A DNA stretch of 64,000 bases from a virus (taxonomy: Duplodnaviria > Caudoviricetes): positions 16,202 to 80,201 of IMG/VR virus record IMGVR_UViG_3300010167_000019, one strand, 5' to 3'. Shown here piece after piece: positions 63,774 to 64,000 of the stretch. Within the stretch, counting starts at the first letter, position 1. The number at the start of each line of letters is the position of its first letter. The notes beneath the pieces are model-generated. The model was not told the origin of the DNA. It saw only the letters and a list, made by a program, of their open reading frames with translations, and searched no databases. The position numbers and the translations under genes are program-made.

Positions 63774-64000
63774 CGTTATCTTCACATAGTGTCGCAACCA
63801 CTATGCCGTACTCTCGGTACTGCTATAGCCTTTCGCTATAGTCGAGACTATATCTTCACCCATTGTGAAATGGGGCATGATGCTTCCCATTACTCCTGTC
63901 CCTTCCAAGGTTTCAGGCCTCCCTTAGCTTGAGGGGTACTCTACTGACTACATTGGTAAGGTTTTTTACATCATTACCGTAGGTGGTCGATAGTCGTTGA
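63774..64000 (-). mobile_element. group I intron, 3' part (continues past the window end)
   Basis: UCAACGACUA at the window edge, AAGAUAUAGUC, P9 hairpin UAUAGC-GAAA-GGCUAUA; ends ...augugaagauaacG like the other introns. Confidence 0.82.

Noticed and set aside
1-64000. tRNA, rRNA or tmRNA genes; phage-nucleus (chimallin/PhuZ) genes
   Set aside because: No cloverleaf, T-loop or rRNA signatures and no tubulin or shell motifs were recognised by eye; tRNAscan-SE and HMM searches would be needed to exclude them formally.

Overview
This window is part of a jumbo-phage genome of the phiKZ/AR9(PBS1)-related type. It has strong AGGAGG-type ribosome-binding sites and uses the standard genetic code. 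Core genes: two subunits of the phage multisubunit RNA polymerase, a DnaB-like helicase, an SF2 helicase, terminase large subunit, major capsid, tail sheath and tube, a gp53-like baseplate wedge, a tail-fibre module and several head-type proteins. Essential genes are heavily invaded: I can map seven group I introns (four in the RNAP beta-N gene, one each in dnaB and terL, one partial in RNAP beta-C) and one class-3-type intein. The most striking structure is two group I introns separated by a 3-nt exon (CCT, one Pro of the KKGPNSLG motif). The guide sequence of the downstream intron pairs fully only after the upstream, HNH-carrying intron is excised, which predicts ordered splicing. Accessory content: a six-gene mosaic DUF29-like array with a coupled leader peptide, a REC/HD-GYP protein, a DHH phosphoesterase, a Dcd/dUTPase-family enzyme lacking the usual catalytic Glu, an NDT-like enzyme, a three-member conserved-ends/variable-middle protein family and a head protein with an HExxH motif. 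Non-coding signals: an 11-copy early-type promoter motif, AR9-like AACA-N6-TA late promoters, a repeated 5' leader hairpin, and terminators that are almost all near-loopless palindromes. No tRNA, rRNA or CRISPR array was recognised. All family assignments come from motif recognition by eye, not from database searches.
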